This document shows, piece after piece, positions 42,833 to 52,665 of a stretch of DNA of 64,000 nt. The notes under the pieces were generated by a model that did not search any database, was not told the DNA's origin, and saw only the letters and a program-made list of their open reading frames with translations. The position numbers and the translations under genes were made by a program. Positions within the stretch are counted from its first letter, which is position 1, and each line of letters opens with the position of its first letter. Source of the DNA: Patescibacteria group bacterium (GTDB lineage: Bacteria > Patescibacteriota > Patescibacteriia > UBA11705 > DATKZF01); assembly GCA_049319825.1 (NCBI GenBank), contig JBMORT010000006.1, positions 299,641 to 363,640 on the forward strand, read 5' to 3'.

Positions 42833-45613
42833 ATGGCTGCAGAATCTCCAAAAAAGAAACTGCCGTTCCTGGTCTGCCAATCTTGCGCCGGAACGGGAAC
42901 CAAAGACGGCATGACGTGCCCGGCGTGCAAAGGTTTGGGCGTGGTTTTGTTTTTTAAAAATAAAATTTTGTATTGGGGCAAAATAGTCGATACTTGGAAC
43001 ATTTATAATGAAAAGTTCGAAAAATTCATTAAGACGCTTATCAATGTCACCTTGATAATTTATGGCTTGAGCGGCTTTGCCTTGATCTTGTGGTCTTTAT
43101 ACGAACAAAATTTTGAGACAGCTTTTTCTTTTGATTATTGGTTCAAGGATGCTGATTTTGTGAAATTGTATTTTTGGCTGACGGTGCTGGCCGACTTATA
43201 TTTGTATTACCGAATCGAACAGGAGCTCGATCCCAAACATAAAGTATTGAAGAAAGAATTCAGGGACGAGAATTTAATTTACGTCTCTTCGGTCAGTGAC
43301 TGGCAGGACGTGACGACTCGCCCCAAAACGGATTTGATAGACGTGTCCAAATCATTTACCGACCCGGCGGCCGATTTGGTCAATGACGCTTGGTTGCTGG
43401 CCAAACAGAAAGGGGAATCGGAAGTGGTCGATCTTCATTTGTTTCATCAATTGCCGGAGAACGATCAGGGCTTGATTATTTTGGGGCGGCTCGGCCTGCC
43501 GAAACAGCTTATTCAAGATAAAATTGATAATATATTATCGCAAAAGACAGCAGTGGGGGGGCGGCCGGCGCTGCTGCCGATAGCCAAGAAAATATTGATC
43601 ATGGCCTATTGGCAGGCTATGCTGGCGGATAAATTCAAAGTGGGCGTCGCGGAAATCGCCGCGGCGTTCACTCAAAAAGAGATTTTTTCTGATTTGGAAA
43701 AAGATTACATCGGAGAGATTTTGCTTGATTTGGAATTAAGCAGGCAAAAGTTTTTTAATGTGATTGTCTGGCTCAGAATTCAGAATCAGCTGCGTTCTCA
43801 AGTCTCTCGGTATCGGGCGCGCGGGCGGCTAAAACCGAAAAGCGGCATTGATCGGGCCATGACCGCGGTGGCCACGCCGTTTTTGGATCAGCTGAGCGTT
43901 GATTTGACCGCAGCGGCGCGAGCCGGCGCCTTGTTTCCGGCGGTCGGTCGGGAAAAAGAATTTGAAAATATTTTCCGGATCATCGAAGGTTCTCGTGACA
44001 GCGTGATTTTAATAGGTTATCCGGGAGTCGGTAAAACATCGGTTCTCGAAGGACTGGCACAGAAAATGATTGCCGACGATGTCCCGGAAATACTGCAGGA
44101 TAAACGGTTGGTCAGTCTGAGTGTGCCCCGAATCGTCAGCGGCGCCACTCCGGCTCAGGCAGAGGAACGATTGATGTCGGCCATGGCCGAGGCGGCGAGA
44201 TCGAAGAATATCGTTTTGGCTATCGAAAATATTCACGATATGATCGGCATTACCGCCGGACAAGAAGCCGGGTTGGATTTATCCGAAGTGCTGACTCAAA
44301 TTTTGGAAAAGAAGCCTTTTTACGTGGTGGCGACCACCACTCCGTCGGAATACAGTAAATCAGTGGAGCAAAGCTCGCTGGCCAATGTTTTTCAAAACAT
44401 TAAAGTCGAAGAACCGGCGATCGACGAAGCGATTCAGATACTTGAAGCCAAAAGCGGTCCGATCGAATATCGCAACAAAGTGTTTTTTTCCTACGACAGC
44501 TTAGATAAAGCGGTGGCGTTATCTTCCCGGTACATGCATGATAAATATTTGCCGCAAAAGGCGCTGGAGATAATCGAGCAGGTTTCAATTGCCGTGCGCA
44601 AGGAAAAAGGCGAAAATCAAATTGTATCCGGCGATGACGTGGCCAAATTCATTTCGGAAAAGACGGCCATTCCCGTGGCGAAGATTACAGAAAAAGAAGC
44701 GGCCAAGCTCCTGAATTTGGAAGATGAAATTCACCGGCGAATAATCGGCCAAGAAGAAGCGGTAAAAATGGTCGCCTCGAGCTTAAAGCGGGCTCGAGCC
44801 GAGCTGCGCGAGGGCGACCGGCCGATCGCCAGCTTGCTGTTTTTAGGACCGACCGGTGTGGGCAAAACCGAATTGGCGAAGACAGTCGCGGACATTTATT
44901 TCGGCAGCGAGGAAAACATGGTCAGGCTCGATATGTCCGAATATCAGACGCCGGAGAGCATTTACCGGCTGATCGGCGCGCCGACCGGCAGCCGCGAGGG
45001 CGGTTATCTGACCGAAGCGGTCAGAAAAAATCCGTTTACCGTTCTTTTAATCGACGAGCTGGAAAAAGCCCATCCGGATGTGTTGAATCTATTTTTACAG
45101 GTAATGGAAGACGGGCGGCTGACTGATAATCAAGGCCGCACAATTGATTTTACCAATTTGATTATTATCATGACATCAAACGCGGGCACAGCATTCATTC
45201 AGGATGAGGTTGCCAAGAACACCCCGCTCGAAGAAATAAAAAATCATTTGATAAACGAGCAGCTCCGCGAATATTTCCGGCCGGAGTTTTTAAACCGCTA
45301 TGACGGCATCATGGTTTTCAAGCCGCTGAGCCAGGAAGACGTTTATCAAATAGCCAAGCTAATGATGGCTAAAGTGGCTAAAAGGCTTGAAAACAAAGGA
45401 ATCACCTTTACCGCGACCGACGCAGCCGTAAGAGAACTGGCGCAAAAAGGCTATGATCCCAAATTCGGCGCCCGGCCTTTGCGAAGGGTGATCCAAACCG
45501 AAGTTGACGACGCGCTGGCCAATTATTTATTGACCGCCCAAATCGGCAGGCGGGATGCGGTGACTTTGGACGCGGGAGGAAAGATTTCCGTTGAGAAGGC
45601 TGAGGAGTTGTAA
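42833..45613 (+). CDS. Clp/Hsp100 ATPase with N-terminal zinc finger and two TM helices
   Basis: CQSCAGTG..CPACKGLG, TM segments, GYPGVGKT, GPTGVGKT, DELEKAH, GARPLRR. Confidence 0.88.
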   Translation: MAAESPKKKLPFLVCQSCAGTGTKDGMTCPACKGLGVVLFFKNKILYWGKIVDTWNIYNEKFEKFIKTLINVTLIIYGLSGFALILWSLYEQNFETAFSFDYWFKDADFVKLYFWLTVLADLYLYYRIEQELDPKHKVLKKEFRDENLIYVSSVSDWQDVTTRPKTDLIDVSKSFTDPAADLVNDAWLLAKQKGESEVVDLHLFHQLPENDQGLIILGRLGLPKQLIQDKIDNILSQKTAVGGRPALLPIAKKILIMAYWQAMLADKFKVGVAEIAAAFTQKEIFSDLEKDYIGEILLDLELSRQKFFNVIVWLRIQNQLRSQVSRYRARGRLKPKSGIDRAMTAVATPFLDQLSVDLTAAARAGALFPAVGREKEFENIFRIIEGSRDSVILIGYPGVGKTSVLEGLAQKMIADDVPEILQDKRLVSLSVPRIVSGATPAQAEERLMSAMAEAARSKNIVLAIENIHDMIGITAGQEAGLDLSEVLTQILEKKPFYVVATTTPSEYSKSVEQSSLANVFQNIKVEEPAIDEAIQILEAKSGPIEYRNKVFFSYDSLDKAVALSSRYMHDKYLPQKALEIIEQVSIAVRKEKGENQIVSGDDVAKFISEKTAIPVAKITEKEAAKLLNLEDEIHRRIIGQEEAVKMVASSLKRARAELREGDRPIASLLFLGPTGVGKTELAKTVADIYFGSEENMVRLDMSEYQTPESIYRLIGAPTGSREGGYLTEAVRKNPFTVLLIDELEKAHPDVLNLFLQVMEDGRLTDNQGRTIDFTNLIIIMTSNAGTAFIQDEVAKNTPLEEIKNHLINEQLREYFRPEFLNRYDGIMVFKPLSQEDVYQIAKLMMAKVAKRLENKGITFTATDAAVRELAQKGYDPKFGARPLRRVIQTEVDDALANYLLTAQIGRRDAVTLDAGGKISVEKAEEL

Positions 45614-45683
45614 GCTGGCTTGTAGGCGAATAAAATAACGCAATATAACGCAAATATTAACGCAATTTCTGCGTTTTTTTATT

Positions 45684-45778
45684 GGCGGCGGCCGCATGCG
45701 CGTCGCGCATGTCCCGTAGGGACAGGTCGCGACCTGTCCCTACGGGCGGGAACGCGCGCGTTCCCGCGGGCCGCCGCA
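45684..45778. repeat. GTAG-type REP in a GC-rich multi-hairpin cluster
   Basis: Perfect 34-bp palindrome CCCGTAGGGACAGGTCG/CGACCTGTCCCTACGGG (45713-45746) nested in AACGCAA arrays. Confidence 0.8.
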
Positions 45779-45823
45779 TTTTTTGCGTTTTTGCGTTAAA
45801 TTTATTACAATAAACACGCCAAT

Positions 45824-46930
45824 ATGAATTCCGCCGATTACATCGCCGCCCTGTCAATAGCCTTTTTTATCAGCTTGATATTAACGGCTGTAGTCAAATG
45901 GCTGGCATTTAAATTAAAAATAGTTGACAAGCCCGGTAATAATCCGAAAAAGATTCATAAAAAAGCCACTCCCAAAATGGGCGGGCTTGCTTTATTTCTG
46001 ACATTCAATATTGTTGTTTTGGTTTATACTTACATGAGCCATGAGCTGACCGGCGCGCACATTATGCAAAAATACGTCTGGGGTATGTTGATCGGCGGAT
46101 TATTTTTAATGATTGGCGGAATTTTAGATGATAAGTTTGACTTGAAACCAAAGTATCAGTTCATCTGGCCGATGCTGGCAGTTTTATCTGTCGGCATCAG
46201 CGGCATCGGCATCGACTGGATCACCAATCCGTTCGGAGACGGACAGTGGCATTTGGCCAAATATCAAATTGACCTGCTTTGGTTTCACGGACTGCCGTAT
46301 CGAATAACTTTTCTGGCTGACATATTTACTTTTATCTGGCTGATGGGCATGATGTACACAACCAAGATTATGGACGGGCTCGACGGTCTGGTAACAGGCA
46401 TCACCAGCATCGGCGCTTTGTTTATTTTCGCCGTGTCATTGATGAATCAGGATATTCAGAGTGATGTGGCGCTTTTAGCAATAATTTTCGTGGGCGTATG
46501 CCTGGGATTTTTGGTTTTTAATTTCAATCCGGCAGCAATATTTCTCGGCGAAGGCGGCAGCACCTACACCGGATTTATTCTGGGAACATTATCAATAATT
46601 TCCGGCAGCAAAGTGGCAGTCACTTTAATGCTGATGAGCCTGCCGATTCTTGACGTGGCCTGGACTATTATTCGCCGGAAAATGGATAAGCAGTCGCTGC
46701 GAATCGCTGACCGGAAGCATCTGCACCATCGCCTGCTAGATGCCGGATTAAGCGCCAAGAAAGCCTGCTTGTTTTTGTGGGCAATCAGCGCGGTTTTGGC
46801 CGGTGTCGGGCTTTATCTGCAGCAGCAGGGGCTGGCGCTGTTCATTTTAGGCATGGGCGCATTGCTGGTTTTTATGCTGACAACAGCTTATCTATATAAG
46901 AAACGTAAAGATTTGCAAAAAATTGAATAG
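45824..46930 (+). CDS. MraY/WecA/TagO-family polyprenyl-phosphate GlcNAc-1-P transferase
   Basis: KIHKKATPKMGG, GILDDK, DGLDGL, NFNPAAIFLGEGG, HLHHRL. Confidence 0.9.
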   Translation: MNSADYIAALSIAFFISLILTAVVKWLAFKLKIVDKPGNNPKKIHKKATPKMGGLALFLTFNIVVLVYTYMSHELTGAHIMQKYVWGMLIGGLFLMIGGILDDKFDLKPKYQFIWPMLAVLSVGISGIGIDWITNPFGDGQWHLAKYQIDLLWFHGLPYRITFLADIFTFIWLMGMMYTTKIMDGLDGLVTGITSIGALFIFAVSLMNQDIQSDVALLAIIFVGVCLGFLVFNFNPAAIFLGEGGSTYTGFILGTLSIISGSKVAVTLMLMSLPILDVAWTIIRRKMDKQSLRIADRKHLHHRLLDAGLSAKKACLFLWAISAVLAGVGLYLQQQGLALFILGMGALLVFMLTTAYLYKKRKDLQKIE

Positions 46931-47057
46931 TTGCAACCCTTGCTTTATTCTTTGATCACGTGGCTGGGTATCGACGCTAATATACTAATTATGCGAATGA
47001 TACTAATTTTGGTTACATTCGTATAATTAGTATTCATTAGTATATTTGCATCGATAC

Positions 47058-47086
47058 TTGACGAAGTCAAAAATATCAGCTATAAT
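47058..47086 (+). promoter_or_regulatory. Sigma70 promoter for rplU
   Basis: TTGACG-17-TATAAT. Confidence 0.7.
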
Positions 47087-47167
47087 TCCGCTTGTATTCA
47101 TAACCCAATTTCCATTTTCCGTTTTCAAACACTAATTTCCAATTTCTAAACAACTAATTTCCAAAAT

Positions 47168-47590
47168 ATGACTATCGCAGTAATCAAAACCGGAGGCAAA
47201 CAGTATAAAGTGGCTCCAGCGCAACAAGTGAAAATCGAAAAAATTGACGGACAAGCCGGAGATAAAGTGTCGTTTAATGCTTTATTGGTTTTCGATGATG
47301 CCGGCAAAGAATTTGATCTGGGCATGCCCAACACATCGAAAAAAGTTGAAGCGGAAATAGTCGAGCAGGGCAGAGCCAAAAAAATTGATGTTATTAAGTT
47401 TAAAAGCAAGGTCAGATACCGCCGGAAATACGGACATCGCCAGCCGTTTACCCAAGTTAAGATTTTGAGCGTCGGCGGCGTGAAAGCTTCCGCGTCCAAG
47501 AAAGAACCGGCTAAGAAACCGGCAGTTAAAAAAGCTACTGTGACAAAAATCGCAGCCAAAGCGCCGGCGAAAAAGACAGCGAAAAAATAA
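47168..47590 (+). CDS. rplU: 50S ribosomal protein L21 with K/A/P-rich tail
   Basis: AVIKTGGKQYKV, GHRQPFT. Confidence 0.97.
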   Translation: MTIAVIKTGGKQYKVAPAQQVKIEKIDGQAGDKVSFNALLVFDDAGKEFDLGMPNTSKKVEAEIVEQGRAKKIDVIKFKSKVRYRRKYGHRQPFTQVKILSVGGVKASASKKEPAKKPAVKKATVTKIAAKAPAKKTAKK

Positions 47591-47649
47591 TTTCAATAGA
47601 AAAGACAGGCCCAAAGGGGTCTGTTTTTGATTATGGAAGCGAAGTACAC

Positions 47650-47678
47650 TTGACAAGTACTCGTTTTTTTGATATAAT
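47650..47678 (+). promoter_or_regulatory. Consensus sigma70 promoter
   Basis: TTGACA-17-TATAAT exactly. Confidence 0.85.
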
Positions 47679-47715
47679 TAAAAAATTCCGGTGAACGGAA
47701 AGGGAGGAGACGTCC

Positions 47716-47907
47716 ATGCCTAACGAAACAAAGGAAAAAAAAGTCCATCTCTTTGGCTGTACCGCCGGCAGTGCTTATCGCGCTGGGATGTGCGACAGCA
47801 ACTGTCGAGGTTGCTATTATTGGGATGGAACTGAGCGCTGGGTCACCTTGGAAGAACTTAATATGATGAATGTGGCAGATCCGGTTGAGGATTTTGAGGA
47901 CTGTTAA
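47716..47907 (+). CDS. Small Cys-containing hypothetical protein (63 aa)
   Basis: Own promoter, GGGAGGAG SD, C-x3-C-x2-C motif, downstream terminator. Confidence 0.7.
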   Translation: MPNETKEKKVHLFGCTAGSAYRAGMCDSNCRGCYYWDGTERWVTLEELNMMNVADPVEDFEDC

Positions 47908-48021
47908 AAGTCAAGTCATGCAACCGATTAAAAAACACCTGTCGGTTTAAGTCGAGCGCTTCGTAAAACGAGGTGCTTTTTGATTAACAAAACCCGCGCA
48001 AACATGTTGCGTGGGTTTTTT

Positions 48022-48208
48022 ATCGGCCGCGGGCCAGGCGCCGGTAACAACGAATTCGAATTCGTTGTTACCGGGCCGGACAGAACCGTTACCGGCGCCG
48101 GCGTGGGAACAGGGCGTTTCGCGGGAACAGATGGTAGGAACAGGGCAGCGCCCTGTTCCTACCATCTGTTCCCACGCGCCCGCCGGAGGCGGGCGGCCGC
48201 GGCCCGAT
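48022..48208. repeat. GC-rich multi-stem REP-containing element
   Basis: 34-bp perfect palindrome 48041-48074; 24-bp arms around GGTAGG..CCTACC at 48123-48173; closing ATCGGCCGCGG/CCGCGGCCCGAT. Confidence 0.75.
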
Positions 48209-48269
48209 TGACAGAAAGAATTTTGTGTTATATGATCTTGAAATCCTTTGCGGACAAAGGAGGTGATCG

Positions 48270-48551
48270 ATGGTTGAACTCCATGAATTTCGAACTGTTG
48301 TTGAAATCCATTTTAATGTGGCAGATAGGATTATTGAATTGTGGCACACCAGGTCGCCAAACGGTGAAAAGCAAAAGTTGCCCAGAGATTCGGGTGTTTA
48401 TAACTGGCCAATGACAGTTGAGGTAATTGAATTCGCCCTGGAAATTTTTGCGGCCATCACTCATCAGCGATTTATTGAGCTACGGCCTGGTAATCCTGAC
48501 CGTCTGTCGGACTGGGTGATCTATCGCCGTGCGGATTTGTTCAAAAAATAG
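48270..48551 (+). CDS. Hypothetical protein (93 aa)
   Basis: TTGACA-17-TATGAT (48208-48236), AAGGAGGTG SD, terminator at 48551-48575. Confidence 0.7.
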   Translation: MVELHEFRTVVEIHFNVADRIIELWHTRSPNGEKQKLPRDSGVYNWPMTVEVIEFALEIFAAITHQRFIELRPGNPDRLSDWVIYRRADLFKK

Positions 48552-48611
48552 CACTTCGTCAAACGAAGTGTTTTTAAATTATGAAAAATACGACTGAAAA
48601 TCGGGCGGAAA

Positions 48612-48650
48612 TTATTTCACCTCCTGCCTCCCCTTGAGCGCGTTGGTTAG
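48612..48650 (-). repeat. Duplicate of the recR 3' end (LTNALKGRQEVK*)
   Basis: 36/39 identical to 50072-50110; all three differences are synonymous. Confidence 0.92.
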
Positions 48651-50005
48651 GCGGTTTCTTGCGGCTGCTCCAATTCCTTGTCGGTTATTCCCAGCATATT
48701 TAAAATCCAAATGTGCCGCGGGTTGGCCGGATCGTATTTGCCAATGCTAAAGCGCGACATTTCTTCCGGCTTATTTTTTACGACCGCCCATGTTTCGATA
48801 TTTCCTTCGCGGTAAATAATATCTTTTGTAAAACACACTCCTGGGGTTTTGCAATCAGTGCCTCTGAATGTGCGAACGGAGCGGTTCCATGCGCTTGTCT
48901 GAGACGCGGCCAGAGCTTCTTCCTTCTTTTTGCCTTGCAGCAAATTATTTAGCCGATAATATTTTTCCAAAATTTCATAAACTTGACGAAAATCCCTTGG
49001 CTTTCCGTCAAGTCCCATTGCTAATCCGATTGCTAGATGGCCGTCTAGTCCAGCATAATCTTTAAGCTCGTTAGATAAAGCTTGTTCTCTCATGGTCGCA
49101 ACGCCTTCTTCGCCCTTTTCATATCTATCCAAGCCTAGCCCAAGCAGTTTTAATTTGCTTCTTTCTCCTTTAACTCTGCGGGTGACATGCGTGCCGATCT
49201 CGTGGGCGATCAATGTCCTTAATTTATCGAAAAGCATTTTTCTTGATTCAGGCACTTTTATTGTTTTTATTTCTTGATCAACGCTGATGCCCGTTTTGCT
49301 GCTTTTATCAATAACTACCGACCAGCCCTCAACGCGTAAATTTGCCAGCGCTTGGGTAAACATTTCTTTGATATCTTCGGCTACTAACTCTCCAGCCTTG
49401 TATGAAATATTGACCAAATCTCCCATCTCTTTCAGCGTCAATTCTTTAGCCAGCTGGCGGGTTTTTGCTTCCGGCAGCTCTTGCATTTTCACTTTCGGCA
49501 AGTTGTTTGGCAAAGCGGCCAGCAATTCTTGCGCGGTTTGTTTTATTTCTTCATTTTCTGATTCCAGCGCCTTTTCCGCGGTTTTTCTGATATTTTGTAT
49601 CGTATATGCAAACACGTCAGGCGAAGGCGTCCCATAGACAAATTCCGAGTAACCTTGAAAGCGGCGCATATCGTGATTAGCTGTCGCTTTCGCAATTCGA
49701 AGTTCTGCGATTTTTTCGTTCAATCGCCAGCGGTACACTTGGCTGATTACCTCGTTTTGTTCCAAGGCCTTGATGTCCTTGCGAAGCTTGAGAAGCATTT
49801 GTTCTCGTTCGTTTAGTTTGTCAATGTCGATTTTTGGATAATCCAATTCTGGATTTTCAATTTCACCTGCTAAAAATTTCTTTTTTTGTTCTTCTCGGTA
49901 TTCTTTATCGCCATCCAAATATTCGTAGGCTTGAAAAGCCGCATGTTTTTCAAAAGTATCATACCATTGCTGGTCAAGGGGAACGGGTTGTTCGAAGTTT
50001 TTCAT
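48647..50005 (-). CDS. DUF1704 / MATCAP-like Tyr/Phe carboxypeptidase-domain protein
   Basis: AHEIGTH, EEGVA, RTFRG, FTKDIIYREG. Confidence 0.78.
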   Translation of the reverse strand: MKNFEQPVPLDQQWYDTFEKHAAFQAYEYLDGDKEYREEQKKKFLAGEIENPELDYPKIDIDKLNEREQMLLKLRKDIKALEQNEVISQVYRWRLNEKIAELRIAKATANHDMRRFQGYSEFVYGTPSPDVFAYTIQNIRKTAEKALESENEEIKQTAQELLAALPNNLPKVKMQELPEAKTRQLAKELTLKEMGDLVNISYKAGELVAEDIKEMFTQALANLRVEGWSVVIDKSSKTGISVDQEIKTIKVPESRKMLFDKLRTLIAHEIGTHVTRRVKGERSKLKLLGLGLDRYEKGEEGVATMREQALSNELKDYAGLDGHLAIGLAMGLDGKPRDFRQVYEILEKYYRLNNLLQGKKKEEALAASQTSAWNRSVRTFRGTDCKTPGVCFTKDIIYREGNIETWAVVKNKPEEMSRFSIGKYDPANPRHIWILNMLGITDKELEQPQETA

Positions 50006-50071
50006 AGAGTTTATAAATTAAATGTTTTATGCTTTTTTTTGCTTTGCATTTTTAGTTTTGCGTTTTGCACT

Positions 50072-50677
50072 TTATTTCACCTCCTGCCTCCCCTTAAGCG
50101 CGTTCGTTAAAGTCGTTTCATCAGTATATTCCAAATCGCTGCCCATGGCCAGGCCGCGGGCGAGTTTGGTGAATTTTAGGTTCAGCGGCTTGAAAAGCTT
50201 GACCAGGTATAGGGAAGTGGCTTCACCCTGGATGTCCGGATTCAGCGCCAGAATTATTTCTGAAAATTTTTCTTTTTTCACTCTGTCAATTAATTTTTGG
50301 ATGTTTAATTTTTCAGGCGTGATGCCTTCGAGCGGATTGATTTGCCCGCCGAGCACATGATAAAGCCCGCGATATTCTTTGGTTGATTCGATTACTCCCA
50401 AATCTTGTACATCTTCGACAATGCATAAAAGCGATCGGTCGCGGCGGCTGTCAGCGCAGATGTCGCATTCTTTTTTCAGGCCGGAAAAATTGCCGCAAGT
50501 CTGGCAGAAGCTGAGGTTTTTCTGCAGATTAAGTACGCTGCTGGCGAATTGATTTAAGAATTCTGGGCTTTGTCTGAGTAAATAAAAAACGAACTTCTCA
50601 GAGGTCTTTCGGCCGATGCCGGGAAGCTGGTTGAATTTGTCGATGAGGTTTTCGATTTCAGAAGGGTAAATTACCAT
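50072..50677 (-). CDS. recR: Recombination mediator RecR
   Basis: LPGIGRKT, CQTCGN..CDIC, YHVLGG, Toprim, LEYTD. Confidence 0.97.
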   Translation of the reverse strand: MVIYPSEIENLIDKFNQLPGIGRKTSEKFVFYLLRQSPEFLNQFASSVLNLQKNLSFCQTCGNFSGLKKECDICADSRRDRSLLCIVEDVQDLGVIESTKEYRGLYHVLGGQINPLEGITPEKLNIQKLIDRVKKEKFSEIILALNPDIQGEATSLYLVKLFKPLNLKFTKLARGLAMGSDLEYTDETTLTNALKGRQEVK

Positions 50678-50724
50678 ATAGACTACGAAACTACGGATTT
50701 GCTACAAATTTTACGAAAACAAGC

Positions 50725-50997
50725 TTACATCCCAGGAAAATCACCCATTTGTCCGCGCATCTTCATCGCCATCTGCCGCTGGATTTTTTTAATGGCGTCA
50801 TTGGTCGCGTCTTTTATGAGGTCTTGGAGCTTTTCTTTGTCAGTTAAAAGGATTTCATCGATTTGTACATCCAAAATTTCCTGAATACCATTGATTTTAA
50901 TTGTTACTTTGCCAAACCCGGCAGAACCCTCGGCGAATTCCTGCTGCATCTGGGCCTGGAGAGCTTTCATTTGTTTGATTTGGTCGAAGAAGGACAT
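50725..50997 (-). CDS. YbaB/EbfC nucleoid-associated protein
   Basis: EGSAG.G.VTIKING..LQDLIKDATNDA; adjacent to recR. Confidence 0.92.
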   Translation of the reverse strand: MSFFDQIKQMKALQAQMQQEFAEGSAGFGKVTIKINGIQEILDVQIDEILLTDKEKLQDLIKDATNDAIKKIQRQMAMKMRGQMGDFPGM

Positions 50998-51093
50998 AAA
51001 TTTTATAGTGCGACAAGCGAGACAAGTAAAACAAGTGCGACAAGTATTAGTAAAATTATCTTACGTAGCATACTTGTTTTGCTCGTCGCACTG

Positions 51094-52473
51094 TTATTGC
51101 GGCGGCGTCAACCCCCGCACTTCTTTTGATAAATTTTTAAAACTGGCCGTTTGCTCCTGGAAAAACAGCTTCACCAGACCGGTCGGGCCGTTTCTGTGCT
51201 TGGCGATGTGAATTTCAGCAATATTTTTTTCATCAGGAGGTATTTGTTCCGGTGAATAATTTCTGTCAGCGGTTTTTCTGTAAATAAATAATACCACGTC
51301 AGCATCCTGCTCGATTGAGCCGGACTCTCTGAGATGCGCGAGCTTGGGAATGGCCGGTTTATTCATTTCTACGGCGCGCGACAGCTGGGAAAGGGCCAAA
51401 ACCGGCACGTTCAGCTCGCGCGCGATGCCTTTGAGCGCGCGCGTGATCTCGGCCACTGCTTGCACGCGGCTTTCCGCATTGGCCCGGCTTTCCATGAGTT
51501 GAAGATAGTCGATGACAATCAGTCCGAGCCCGTGCTCAGCCTGCAGCCGGCGGGCTTTGGTTCTGATATCAATGACGTTGCACATGGCTGAGTCATCGAT
51601 GTATATCGGCGCTTCGGATAAAATGCCCATGGCATGGCCGATTCTGGGAAAGTCATCGTCTTCATCGCGGTCAGACAGCTTGCCTGTTCTCATTTTCCAC
51701 AGATCAACATTGGCCTGCGCGCAGAGCAGGCGGTCAACCAGCTGCTCTTTTGACATTTCCAGACTGAATAATCCCACCGGAACTTTTCCCTTCACCGCCG
51801 CCTGACGCGCGACATCGAGCGCCAGTGAAGTTTTTCCCACCGAAGGTCTGGCCGCCAGTATTACCAAATCAGACTTTTGCAATCCGCCGAGCAGATTATC
51901 CAGATCGCCGAATCCGGTGGGCGTGCCGCGCAGCTTGCCTTCGCCTTTATGGATTTCATCGATTCGGTCAAACGCTTCGTTTAGGATGCTGTCTATCGGA
52001 ACAAAAGATTTTTTCAAATGCTTCTGAGACACGGAAAAGAGCTTTTGCTCTGACAGGTCTAGCAATTTATCAATCTCCTGCTCTTCATTATATCCTATTT
52101 CAGTAATTTCTGTCGCGGCTTCGAGCAGCCGTCGCCTGGTGGCTTTTTTTTGAATGATGTTGGCGTAATGGGCGGCGTGGCTTGAGGTGGGAACAATATT
52201 AGACAGCTCGGTCAAATAGCTTCGGCCGCCGATTTTTTCGAGCAAATGATTTTCTTCGAGCGCGTTGCTCAAAGTCAAAAAGTCAATCGGCTCCTGATTG
52301 GAATAGAGCTTTCTCATCTGCTCAAAAATGATTCGGTGCCGGTCTCGGTAAAAATCTTCAGGATCAATGATATCAGCTATTTTAAGAAATGCTTCTTTGT
52401 CAATCAAAAGAGAACCCAAAAGCGATTGTTCAGCTTCGAGATTTTGGGGTGGGATTTTTGTGGGGTCGTCCAT
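51094..52473 (-). CDS. dnaB: Replicative DNA helicase
   Basis: PPQNLEAEQ, ARPSVGKT, IDYLQL, LRESGSIEQDAD, AKHRNGP. Confidence 0.98.
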   Translation of the reverse strand: MDDPTKIPPQNLEAEQSLLGSLLIDKEAFLKIADIIDPEDFYRDRHRIIFEQMRKLYSNQEPIDFLTLSNALEENHLLEKIGGRSYLTELSNIVPTSSHAAHYANIIQKKATRRRLLEAATEITEIGYNEEQEIDKLLDLSEQKLFSVSQKHLKKSFVPIDSILNEAFDRIDEIHKGEGKLRGTPTGFGDLDNLLGGLQKSDLVILAARPSVGKTSLALDVARQAAVKGKVPVGLFSLEMSKEQLVDRLLCAQANVDLWKMRTGKLSDRDEDDDFPRIGHAMGILSEAPIYIDDSAMCNVIDIRTKARRLQAEHGLGLIVIDYLQLMESRANAESRVQAVAEITRALKGIARELNVPVLALSQLSRAVEMNKPAIPKLAHLRESGSIEQDADVVLFIYRKTADRNYSPEQIPPDEKNIAEIHIAKHRNGPTGLVKLFFQEQTASFKNLSKEVRGLTPPQ

Positions 52474-52665
52474 AATTGGTGATTAGAAATTGGAAAATGG
52501 AAATTAGGGCACTGGAAATTGGAAAATTGTGCCTTCATTTTATCTAAAAAAAACTTGCGAGGCAAGTTGAAAAGGTGTGGGGAATGGGGATTTGACAATG
52601 TTTGACTTTGTGATACAATTAAGCATTCCTACGTCTGCATGGAAGGGAGAAGAGGAGAAAAGGCC

